Positions 48,610 to 56,020 of a DNA stretch of 57,911 nt are shown in pieces; position 1 is the first letter of the stretch, and each line of letters opens with the position of its first letter. A model generated the notes under the pieces. It ran no database searches, was not told where the DNA came from, and was given only the letters and a program-made list of their open reading frames with translations. Made by a program: the position numbers and the translations under genes. This DNA is from a virus (Duplodnaviria > Caudoviricetes): positions 1 to 57,911 of the IMG/VR virus record IMGVR_UViG_3300020161_003007. One strand, given 5' to 3'.

Positions 48610-49792
48610 TATATTTTCCCATAATTAAAACAACATTACTTCCACCAAAAGCAAAAGAGTTATTTAAACACACATCTTGCTTCTTGTCAACCACTTCTCT
48701 AGGCAAATATGTGCCTTCAGGTACTTTATCATCTTGTTCACCTAAATGCCAATTTGGTATGACTTTATCTTCTTGTAAAACAGCAATACAACCCATCGAT
48801 TCAATAATACCTGAAGCACCGAGTGTATGACCATGTAATGCTTTTGTTGATGTGATTGGTATATCTTTCAGTTCATCACCAAAAACATTTTTAATAGCTT
48901 GCAATTCAACCATATCGCCGGTTGGTGTTGCAGTTCCATGAGCAGAGATAAATGTCACTTTGCGGCCGTTAAGTTTATCATAAGCTTTTTGTATCGCTCT
49001 CATTTCACCTTCAATACTTGGCTTAGTCATTGATTCTGTACCCCAAGAAGTACCATAACCAAGTATCTCACAATATATCTTGGCGCCTCGAGCCTTAGCG
49101 TGTTCCAGTTCTTCTAAAAAGAATACAGCACAACCTTCTGCAACAACAACACCAGTTCTATCTTTTGAAAATGGCCTGCAAGCTTTTGGTCCTTCATCTT
49201 TAGAAGAAATAGCTCGCATTCCGTGCCATGTTGTAATACCATAATCATTTACTGACGATTCTGTTCCGCCCACAATCATTCCATCACAATCACCACGAAC
49301 AATCTTTTCATATGCTTCACCAAGAGCAAGTGTTGATGATGAACAAGCTGTGTTGTAAGTAAAATTTGGTCCATGTATATCTTCTTTCAATGCAATAAAG
49401 CATGCAGGAGAATTAGGACAAATATTGACCAAAGTATTTGGTCTTGATCGACCATTGTTCAAATATTCGGGAAAAGAATTTTCAATTGTATAACTGCCAC
49501 AAAAACCAACACCAAAGAAAATGCCATCAACATCTTCTTTTGTTATGCCAGCATCTTCTTTACATTTGAGATAAGAATACCAAGCAAAGCGTGAGATTCT
49601 ATCGGTGATAGTTTGGTCGAGCGGTGCAATCTGTGAATCAATATCAAATTCTACACGACCAAGATTTGCTTTGATGTTTTCATAATAACGAATGCCTGAG
49701 CGGCCAGAAAACATAGCATCTTTTACTTCATCATATGATATACCGATTGGTGTAACACAACCAATCCCGGTCACAACTACTCGTCTTTTCAT
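48593..49792 (-). CDS. fabF: Beta-ketoacyl-ACP synthase (FabF/FabB/NodE-type ketosynthase)
   Basis: RRVVVTGIG; catalytic TACSS, AHGTAT and GHTLGA motifs; RPF; NSFAFGG.N. Confidence 0.93.
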   Translation of the reverse strand: MKRRVVVTGIGCVTPIGISYDEVKDAMFSGRSGIRYYENIKANLGRVEFDIDSQIAPLDQTITDRISRFAWYSYLKCKEDAGITKEDVDGIFFGVGFCGSYTIENSFPEYLNNGRSRPNTLVNICPNSPACFIALKEDIHGPNFTYNTACSSSTLALGEAYEKIVRGDCDGMIVGGTESSVNDYGITTWHGMRAISSKDEGPKACRPFSKDRTGVVVAEGCAVFFLEELEHAKARGAKIYCEILGYGTSWGTESMTKPSIEGEMRAIQKAYDKLNGRKVTFISAHGTATPTGDMVELQAIKNVFGDELKDIPITSTKALHGHTLGASGIIESMGCIAVLQEDKVIPNWHLGEQDDKVPEGTYLPREVVDKKQDVCLNNSFAFGGSNVVLIMGKYNESLS

Positions 49793-50556
49793 TTATCAGT
49801 TTTAATTAATCTAATCATTTGAGCAGGAATATCAAACTCCCACCATTTCTCTCTTTGATTCCAGAGATAACCTTTATTGTGATGATTGTTATGCCAATCG
49901 CCAAAAAATACGCCAGTAATAAAATCATTCCGTGATGAATCTAGTGTTTCGTGATTGCGATATGAAAATGGCAACTTAGTATGATTGATAATGTTAATCA
50001 CACAATATTCACAGAACATAAACAAACTAGCAACATTATACATCAATGCTAAACGAATGTCAATCAAAGCTAATACTACCCAAAACGCAATAACAATTAA
50101 AACATAGTAATTATGTGATCTCATAATCCAAGGATCATTATTTAAGTTACGCATCACACTTACAGGAACATGTTTTAAGTTCCAACGAAAAAACGCCACA
50201 TTCCAACGGCCAACTAAATCTAAATTCGTCGGATCTTTATCCGTATCAGAATACATATGATGCGTTCTGTGAGCCATAGCATAACCATACGGAGAACCAG
50301 CAGAGGCTAATGGCGAAAACATGGCCATAAAAATATGCCAAAATTTATTTGTTTGGAATGACTTATGTGAAAAATAACGGTGTAAAGCTACGTTATGAAA
50401 GAAATGGTTAAAGAAGAAAAACATAATAAACGCATACAGAATATAACTATATTGCGCTGTCACCACAAAATAAATTGAACACAAGATACCAAGAACAACT
50501 TGTGTTAAAATAACCTTCTGTGAATTTTCTGAAGTTCCTCTAAACGGATGTGCCAT
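49789..50556 (-). CDS. Membrane-bound fatty acid desaturase (delta-9/DesC-like)
   Basis: Three His boxes HRYFSH, HRTHH and HNNHH; TM segments; WWEFD; start moved to MAHPF. Confidence 0.9.
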   Translation of the reverse strand: MAHPFRGTSENSQKVILTQVVLGILCSIYFVVTAQYSYILYAFIMFFFFNHFFHNVALHRYFSHKSFQTNKFWHIFMAMFSPLASAGSPYGYAMAHRTHHMYSDTDKDPTNLDLVGRWNVAFFRWNLKHVPVSVMRNLNNDPWIMRSHNYYVLIVIAFWVVLALIDIRLALMYNVASLFMFCEYCVINIINHTKLPFSYRNHETLDSSRNDFITGVFFGDWHNNHHNKGYLWNQREKWWEFDIPAQMIRLIKTDK

Positions 50557-50557
50557 A

Positions 50558-50821
50558 TTAGGTGCCTTGTTTTTTGTTAATTGCTTCCTCAAACATATTA
50601 AACAAATCACCAAGTTTTGTTGGAACATTTCCGCCAACATCTTTCACATCAAACATATCTTCAACATCAAAAATGAAGTTCATAAATTCGATTGAATCGA
50701 GCTTTTCATTTATTTCAGCAAATTTGTGAACATCAGTATCTTCTGGATAATCAGTCAATTTGATTCCATATTTTGCATAGAACAGTTCTTCAATTTTGTT
50801 TACTACTTCTTCTCTGGTCAT
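50558..50821 (-). CDS. Acyl carrier protein
   Basis: 87 aa, acidic; LDSIE phosphopantetheine site; F.VED.F.V; T.GD. Confidence 0.85.
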   Translation of the reverse strand: MTREEVVNKIEELFYAKYGIKLTDYPEDTDVHKFAEINEKLDSIEFMNFIFDVEDMFDVKDVGGNVPTKLGDLFNMFEEAINKKQGT

Positions 50822-51150
50822 TTTCTTTCCTTTTTTAAAGCAACAACTGCTACATAATCGCCTTCATGTGTTAGAGAAATAACATAATCTCCACTCAACT
50901 CATTATGTGTATTTACTGCAATTGGATCTTCAGCAATACATTCTACAGTAGGCGCACAAGCTACTTTAAATACTATCTTTATTTTTCTAGGATTTATTTG
51001 TCGACCTTCAGCTTTAGTTAAAGCTTCATAAATTGCCCATATTTTAGCTGCGGTCTTTGGACTATCTAGTTCATGGCCTAGTTTTTCACCAAGCCTTTTT
51101 AAATCAATATTTTCAAATCTGGATATTCGTGTTAGATCAATACCAAGCAT
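50818..51150 (-). CDS. acpS: Holo-ACP synthase (AcpS-type 4'-phosphopantetheinyl transferase)
   Basis: GIDL..I.RF; WAIYEA..KA; ISLTHE.DY.A.V. Confidence 0.8.
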   Translation of the reverse strand: MLGIDLTRISRFENIDLKRLGEKLGHELDSPKTAAKIWAIYEALTKAEGRQINPRKIKIVFKVACAPTVECIAEDPIAVNTHNELSGDYVISLTHEGDYVAVVALKKERK

Positions 51151-51157
51151 AATTAAG

Positions 51158-51177
51158 AAGCGGGATTTCTCCCGCTT
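51158..51177 (-). terminator. GAAA-tetraloop hairpin between the small peptide gene and acpS
   Basis: AAGCGGGA-GAAA-TCCCGCTT with a weak U tract, 7 nt before the acpS ATG. Confidence 0.5.
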
Positions 51178-51183
51178 TCCTTT

Positions 51184-51342
51184 TTACTTCTTTTTTTCGT
51201 CTTTCTTCGCTTCAGCTTTTGGTGCATCTTTTTTAGCTTCAGCTTTTGGTGCGTCTTTCTTAGGCTCTTCTTTCTTAGCAGGTGCCTGTGCGAAAGCGGT
51301 TACTGCAAACAGCGATGCTGCGATAAGTGCTACTGACTTCAT
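51184..51342 (-). CDS. Small secreted Lys/Ala/Glu-rich peptide (absent from ORF track)
   Basis: 52 aa MKSVALIAASLFAVTAFA-QAPAKKEEPKKDAPKAEAKKDAPKAEAKKDEKKK; AAGGAG RBS; AFA signal-peptidase site. Confidence 0.85.
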   Translation of the reverse strand: MKSVALIAASLFAVTAFAQAPAKKEEPKKDAPKAEAKKDAPKAEAKKDEKKK

Positions 51343-51363
51343 AATATCTCCTTAATTAAGAAT

Positions 51364-51679
51364 GGTGATTGATTCTGTTGCCAAGTTCAATCACCGAAAA
51401 CTCCGGTCAGCGTTTAGGCTGCCAGTGCAAATCTTTCATCGTTTGCATTTACTTATTTGATTATTACGCCTTGTCATGGCGATTCTCCAATTGTCTATTT
51501 GCTACGCTGTCGAATCTATTTCAGGCCCATCAAAAGCATACTGCCTACACCCACTTACGATTGGCGTAACCAGCGGTAGTGCAAAACCTGCTCATGCGTT
51601 CTTACAGTATGCTTTTGGTGGACCTGACCGGTACTGCCCCGGTGTCCAACGCATCGTTCAACAATCTTCAACGAATTCT
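51364..51679 (-). ncRNA. ssrA: Circularly permuted two-piece tmRNA
   Basis: Acceptor piece ends CCGG-GGCAGTA-CCGG-T-CAGGTCC-ACCA at 51616. Coding piece starts GGGCCTGAAATAGATTCGAC at 51528 (7-bp stem with G3-U wobble). Tag ANDERFALAA* at 51446-51414. AACAGAA at 51379-51373. Outer ends are approximate. Confidence 0.93.
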
Positions 51680-51994
51680 TTACTTCTTTGCCTTATACGG
51701 TTCCATTTTTGTGCCGGCCGCAATAACGCAATAGTTATCTTCATCAACTTTTTCAACCATAGTCCAACTTTTACTCTGAGGATTCAGAAATAGAAAAGTA
51801 GGATTATACTTCTTTCTATTGCCATCAACTCTGTGACCTGTGGAGGTAAGAAAAGGCAATTCACCATATTCTTTTACTGTTCCGCTTATCGTTTTTAAAT
51901 CGACACATAGTGCCTCAAATAAAACAATTTCACTATCACTAGCCATAGCCAACGCAGGAATAAACAATAGTGTTGACAGAAATTTGGCAAACAT
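51680..51994 (-). CDS. Secreted hypothetical protein
   Basis: Signal peptide (ALAMA); two Cys; NP...SWT.VE....CV.A.G. Confidence 0.7.
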   Translation of the reverse strand: MFAKFLSTLLFIPALAMASDSEIVLFEALCVDLKTISGTVKEYGELPFLTSTGHRVDGNRKKYNPTFLFLNPQSKSWTMVEKVDEDNYCVIAAGTKMEPYKAKK

Positions 51995-51997
51995 CTA

Positions 51998-52252
51998 TTA
52001 TTTATTCAGATTGTCTTGTAAAATTTTTGTCAATTTATTGTACAGACCACTCACAACATCGTATTCATCAATTTTGAAAGTGCCTCTCGAAGCAGCTGCA
52101 TCTAATAGTGCTATTATAAGTTGTAGGTCATTCAAATTCAATTCATCTGATTCGGCAGGCGGCTCAGGTTTTTCTTCAGGAACATCTTCTCGTCCTGGTA
52201 TTCTTTTTGATTTCACTTCGCCTATACTCCCTGCTTTATTAGCTTCATTCAT
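51998..52252 (-). CDS. Conserved phage hypothetical protein
   Basis: L.L.DL......D.A..RG.F...E...V..LY.KL; TATAAATA at 52270-52277. Confidence 0.7.
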   Translation of the reverse strand: MNEANKAGSIGEVKSKRIPGREDVPEEKPEPPAESDELNLNDLQLIIALLDAAASRGTFKIDEYDVVSGLYNKLTKILQDNLNK

Positions 52253-52272
52253 TTTATGTACCCTTAAATTAT

Positions 52273-52950
52273 TTATATCGCACCATTATACTTCAAAATA
52301 TATTGTTGAAGAGGCAAAATATGATCTGCTTTGTTCTCAATGAAAATCAAAGGTATATTTGTATCTTCTACCGCAATGGCAACCACGATTTGTTTAATTG
52401 GCTTGCCTGTTCTTTCCTCAAACATTTCAGCGTATGCCGAGCATTGCATGAAATAGTTTTGTATATATTCTTTTTCTTTTACTCTTGTTGAAGTTTTCCA
52501 ATCAACTATTGATAATTCGCCTTCCCATTCGGCGATACAATCACAACGCCCGGCGATCCCTAGTTTATCACTATACAAGGGTTGTTCAATACCATATATG
52601 TCGCCAATATGACTATCGAGAAATGGTTTCACTTTGAGAAATAGCTCTTTAGTGTCAGGCATCATCGTCTGCATTTTCATATCAGACATTTCGTTTAAAA
52701 GATATTTCTCAACAGCGTTATGTAGTTTGGTACCACGACCAGATGCTGCACGGGAAATACGATTAGCTTCTTGTTCACCAACTCTTTGGCGCCATTCATA
52801 GATTGCTTTTTTGTTATAATTGGATAGAACGGTTGTGATGGAGGGGTAGGACTTTCCTCCCGGTGTTTTATAAGTCCTACCCGATTCTGTTGTTTCGGAT
52901 TCTAATTCAAAGTCCAATTCACTTAATTTTACATGATTAAAAAATTTCAT
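52273..52950 (-). CDS. PD-(D/E)XK exonuclease (Cas4/RecB-like, T4-superfamily type)
   Basis: YPSITTVL; RGT..H...E.YL; E..LYS..L..AGR.D.IAE..G..SI.DWKTS; Y..Q..AYA.M. Confidence 0.88.
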   Translation of the reverse strand: MKFFNHVKLSELDFELESETTESGRTYKTPGGKSYPSITTVLSNYNKKAIYEWRQRVGEQEANRISRAASGRGTKLHNAVEKYLLNEMSDMKMQTMMPDTKELFLKVKPFLDSHIGDIYGIEQPLYSDKLGIAGRCDCIAEWEGELSIVDWKTSTRVKEKEYIQNYFMQCSAYAEMFEERTGKPIKQIVVAIAVEDTNIPLIFIENKADHILPLQQYILKYNGAI

Positions 52951-53135
52951 TATGTTTGTTGTTTATATCCTTCGTAGATCCATGGGAAATGCTGACGAAT
53001 ATACCTTTCTCTATTTTTTTGTATATTTTCTTTTGACCAATCACCTAATTCATTTTCATCAGTTTCCTTCAATTCTCCCTTAAAGTGTTGTTGCAAAAGT
53101 GCTGCTTTTGTTTCAATACCTTTTCGTTTTGCCAT
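52950..53135 (-). CDS. Hypothetical protein
   Basis: 61 aa; AAGGAG RBS; coupled to the exonuclease. Confidence 0.7.
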   Translation of the reverse strand: MAKRKGIETKAALLQQHFKGELKETDENELGDWSKENIQKNRERYIRQHFPWIYEGYKQQT

Positions 53136-53168
53136 ACTATCTCCTTGGAGGATGTTGACATAACAAAG

Positions 53169-53474
53169 CTACTTCCCATATTTTTTCTTATGTAGTGAAT
53201 CGACTACTCTTTTTGTTTGTACTTCTTTTATGGATCGTTTGCCGTGTTTTTCGGCGACAGCAGAGTTCTTGTGATTCTCTGCTACTTTGGAGAGAACTTC
53301 TTTGAAACCAGCGGGGACTTTATCTTTGATTGAAACACCGCCGACAATTGCTGCGGCGGTTAGCAAGGGTTGGATGGTCGGGTTATTTTTAAGATATTCT
53401 TCACGCTCAGAAATCTTCATAAGCGCATCAAATTCTTCACCCGAATCAGTATCAATAAAACTATATGTGGGCAT
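53169..53474 (-). CDS. FmdB-like small regulatory protein (Cys-less variant)
   Basis: MPTYSF....GEEF....ISE....L..NP...GFKEVLSK. Confidence 0.65.
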   Translation of the reverse strand: MPTYSFIDTDSGEEFDALMKISEREEYLKNNPTIQPLLTAAAIVGGVSIKDKVPAGFKEVLSKVAENHKNSAVAEKHGKRSIKEVQTKRVVDSLHKKKYGK

Positions 53475-54024
53475 TATTTTTATTTATCACAGGAGAGAAC
53501 CAGATAGGCACTTGTCTTTTAGTCCACTTGGCAAAATGTGCCTTCCGTTCATTATAGTATTTATGATAGGAAGCAAGAGAATCGCCGGCGATTTTACATT
53601 CATCAGGCATTGCTGGTGTTGGTGGATAAAAGTCGCCGCCAGGCATTTTATTTGGCGGTATATCAAGGCAGTTTAGTAAACGGCTACAGGCGTGTTGTTT
53701 ACCATAACGAAAAGTGTATTCTTTACACAAAAATTCCCACATTGTAAACAACCACCCGTAGTTCGCAACATTGGCTCTTACCCAAATACCAGATGGGTGA
53801 TTCATGTGTGAGGCTTTCATTAATCTTGCTTCACGCTCATCAGGCAGACGCCAACGCTTAATTTTTCGACCATTTGCGGTCTTATCATAGTATTCGGTAC
53901 CGTCAAGCACTCGGTGTGCGGTTGACATAAGTTGGGCATACTCAATAATCATTTTTACACAATGCTTATCAAGGTGCATTTCAGCGCACTTACGAGGATC
54001 ACGGTCAAGATAAAAAATATTCAT
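53461..54024 (-). CDS. Pyrimidine-dimer DNA glycosylase / DenV-related protein
   Basis: MNIFYLD.DP..CA..H.DKH.VKMI.EYAQL.STAH; H.NHP...W.R; EY..RY.K.H; AMPD. Confidence 0.75.
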   Translation of the reverse strand: MNIFYLDRDPRKCAEMHLDKHCVKMIIEYAQLMSTAHRVLDGTEYYDKTANGRKIKRWRLPDEREARLMKASHMNHPSGIWVRANVANYGWLFTMWEFLCKEYTFRYGKQHACSRLLNCLDIPPNKMPGGDFYPPTPAMPDECKIAGDSLASYHKYYNERKAHFAKWTKRQVPIWFSPVINKNNAHI

Positions 54025-54209
54025 TACCAACTCCCATCATCAATCCAAATTCTTACAGTCAAAAACAAAAGTCTAATATCTATTGAATTAGCTGGTTCGA
54101 AAGCTATCTCGGCACCAAAATGAATAACGGGAATCCAAGCCCAATGGTATGGATTCACCGTCATTGTAACAGAAGCGCCGCTGTATTTGAGGTAATTAAT
54201 AAAAGACAT
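54024..54209 (-). CDS. Hypothetical protein
   Basis: 61 aa, coupled to neighbours; ends WIDDGSW. Confidence 0.65.
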   Translation of the reverse strand: MSFINYLKYSGASVTMTVNPYHWAWIPVIHFGAEIAFEPANSIDIRLLFLTVRIWIDDGSW

Positions 54210-54411
54210 ACTTATTTACAACGATATTCGATTTAATTGTTTTATCCGATGGTCTATATTCACGGCATGTTAAATTCATTTTAGAGTCGGCTTGTTTTAA
54301 TGCTTTAAAAATTGTTTCTTGTTTTGCTGCACATTCTTCTACGGTTTTAAAAGTATCATATACAGCGTAATTGTTTGTTGAACCTAACCAAATTATAAGA
54401 ACCCACTTCAT
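54196..54411 (-). CDS. Small hypothetical protein
   Basis: MKWVLIIW...F.T.EEC...C pattern. Confidence 0.65.
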   Translation of the reverse strand: MKWVLIIWLGSTNNYAVYDTFKTVEECAAKQETIFKALKQADSKMNLTCREYRPSDKTIKSNIVVNKYVFY

Positions 54412-54699
54412 TTAATTTACCACCTCAGAATGTTCATCGAAAATGTTAGACCACTTTTTTAATTTGATTTTCTTTTGAATAGCTGCCATATTTGCTGACG
54501 ATTCATCGATAATGCCTGCTTCAAACATCAGGTCAATCATAGCAATTAAATCACCAACTTCTTCGGTTAATCGCTGACGGTTAGTTCTGTCATTGTATTC
54601 AGAATCATAACCAAAGCGAAAAACCTTACTAATCGCCTGTGTCACTTCAGCACATTCTTCTTGGCAGATTAGTAAGATTTGTTTTTCGCTTTCTTTCAT
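54412..54699 (-). CDS. MazG-like NTP pyrophosphohydrolase
   Basis: QEECAEV.QAISK..RFG...L.EEVGDL. Confidence 0.8.
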   Translation of the reverse strand: MKESEKQILLICQEECAEVTQAISKVFRFGYDSEYNDRTNRQRLTEEVGDLIAMIDLMFEAGIIDESSANMAAIQKKIKLKKWSNIFDEHSEVVN

Positions 54700-54700
54700 A

Positions 54701-54880
54701 TTAAACCCGTTTCACAATCTTAAAAGGTTTGTCACTCATTGGTGTAACAAACAATTTAACACCGAACCTTGCACAAGTTTCAAAAGGCACTTCTGATTTC
54801 TTCGGTACAATGAAGAACGAACCAGGTTTTGCCATCATAAACTTTGCAGCTTTTTCACTTACATTTAACATTTGAATCAT
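54701..54880 (-). CDS. Hypothetical protein (59 aa, absent from ORF track)
   Basis: MIQMLNVSEKAAKF...KIVKRV*; GGAG RBS; abuts the next gene. Confidence 0.7.
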   Translation of the reverse strand: MIQMLNVSEKAAKFMMAKPGSFFIVPKKSEVPFETCARFGVKLFVTPMSDKPFKIVKRV

Positions 54881-54991
54881 TTAAATCTCCATAATATAAA
54901 AATAAGGGGCACACTAAGCGTTTCACAACGAGTGGCTGTTGTTTAAGAGTAGGCGTGACGATCCCGCTCACTCCCCCGTTTTAGTGACTAA

Positions 54992-55450
54992 TTAGGCAGC
55001 TTCTGCTACTTGCACTTCAACAATTTCTAAGTCAGCCTCAGGTGTAACTGCTTCAACTTTCTTAGGCTTCGCAGGCGCTTTTTTCGCAGGTGCTTTTGCA
55101 GGCGCTTTTGCAGGTTTCGCTGCAAGATCAGCAAGTTTAGCAATAGACGGCTTCTTGGTCGTTTGACCAGGAGTAAAGTTTGCGCTAGTGATACCAGCAC
55201 GCTTCATATACTCTTTCACATCGGCGACATTCACAATCTGATATGCCGTCACTTTGCGACCGTCTTTAATCGCCTTCACAACGCCGTTTGCTTGTGTTTT
55301 GATATGCCACATATAAGTGGACAGGCGATACATATAGATTTCTTTGCCGAGGGTGGCATCAATCTCATCAATCGTTACGGGCTTGCCAGATTGCAACACG
55401 GTCAGCAATTTCTGGAAGGGCTTAAGTTTTGTTGATTTACCACGAGCCAT
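54992..55450 (-). CDS. Putative DNA-binding protein (winged-helix-like with histone H1-like tail)
   Basis: Start moved to MARGK (AAGGAG RBS); AKPAKAPAKAPAKKAPAKPKK tail. Confidence 0.65.
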   Translation of the reverse strand: MARGKSTKLKPFQKLLTVLQSGKPVTIDEIDATLGKEIYMYRLSTYMWHIKTQANGVVKAIKDGRKVTAYQIVNVADVKEYMKRAGITSANFTPGQTTKKPSIAKLADLAAKPAKAPAKAPAKKAPAKPKKVEAVTPEADLEIVEVQVAEAA

Positions 55451-55484
55451 ACTGTAATACTCCTTTATCAATTTTAGAACAACC

Positions 55485-55513
55485 ATTATAACACAACACG
55501 GAACAAATGTCAA
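55485..55513 (-). promoter_or_regulatory. Consensus sigma70 early promoter
   Basis: TTGACA-17 nt-TATAAT(GGT). Confidence 0.85.
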
Positions 55514-55529
55514 GGTATCTTGCCAATGT

Positions 55530-55772
55530 TTACCGCCTTACATAAACGGCAAATGTCTTTGCATCTTCTTTGATACAATACGATTGCCGGGTATACGAGG
55601 ATCGCCTGTTTTTTACCGGGCGAGGTCCACGAAAAAGAAACCGTAATTCAACTCCGGGTTTTATAAACTTACGGAAATAATCACGATTTTCTTTTGTATA
55701 TTCGCTCATCGGTATTCCTTTGAAGAGCGATGTTTCATTTGCAGGTGATGAATAAGACATAAATTTTAACAT
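55530..55772 (-). CDS. Hypothetical protein
   Basis: 80 aa; FRGPR...C.K.DA.TFAVY. Confidence 0.65.
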   Translation of the reverse strand: MLKFMSYSSPANETSLFKGIPMSEYTKENRDYFRKFIKPGVELRFLFRGPRPVKNRRSSYTRQSYCIKEDAKTFAVYVRR

Positions 55773-55773
55773 A

Positions 55774-56019
55774 TTAACCCCAATCCTTCATATCGGTTGT
55801 TTCATTGTAACCTGCCATGTAGGCAGCGATTTCTTCTTCACTCATATCTACTTCTTCAATTTTAGTGGATTGATATGACGCACCCGTAAAATAATGCGGC
55901 TCAGGAGACCGATGATAATAAGCATCGGCACTACCACGGTCATACGCACCACCATGCCGAGTAAATACTTCACGATTAGAATATTCACTTTTTTCTCTCT
56001 CACCAATAAAAATCATCAT
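55774..56019 (-). CDS. Conserved phage hypothetical protein
   Basis: HGGAYDRGSADAYY.R...PHY...M..EEI.AY.AGY...KDWG. Confidence 0.75.
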   Translation of the reverse strand: MMIFIGEREKSEYSNREVFTRHGGAYDRGSADAYYHRSPEPHYFTGASYQSTKIEEVDMSEEEIAAYMAGYNETTDMKDWG

Positions 56020-56020
56020 A

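Noticed and set aside
51369-51793. Plus-strand ORFs 51369-51569 and 51476-51793, or a standalone tRNA at 51616-51650
   Set aside because: The region is explained by the minus-strand tmRNA. There is no anticodon arm, so it is not a tRNA.
52273-52950. Cas4 / CRISPR-Cas system
   Set aside because: There are no other cas genes or array, and the four-Cys Fe-S motif is lacking. It is the usual T4-superfamily exonuclease.
54905-54990. Pistol ribozyme, suggested by CTAAGCGTT on the plus strand
   Set aside because: The pseudoknot partner lies on the wrong side, and the P1 and AAAUA elements are missing.
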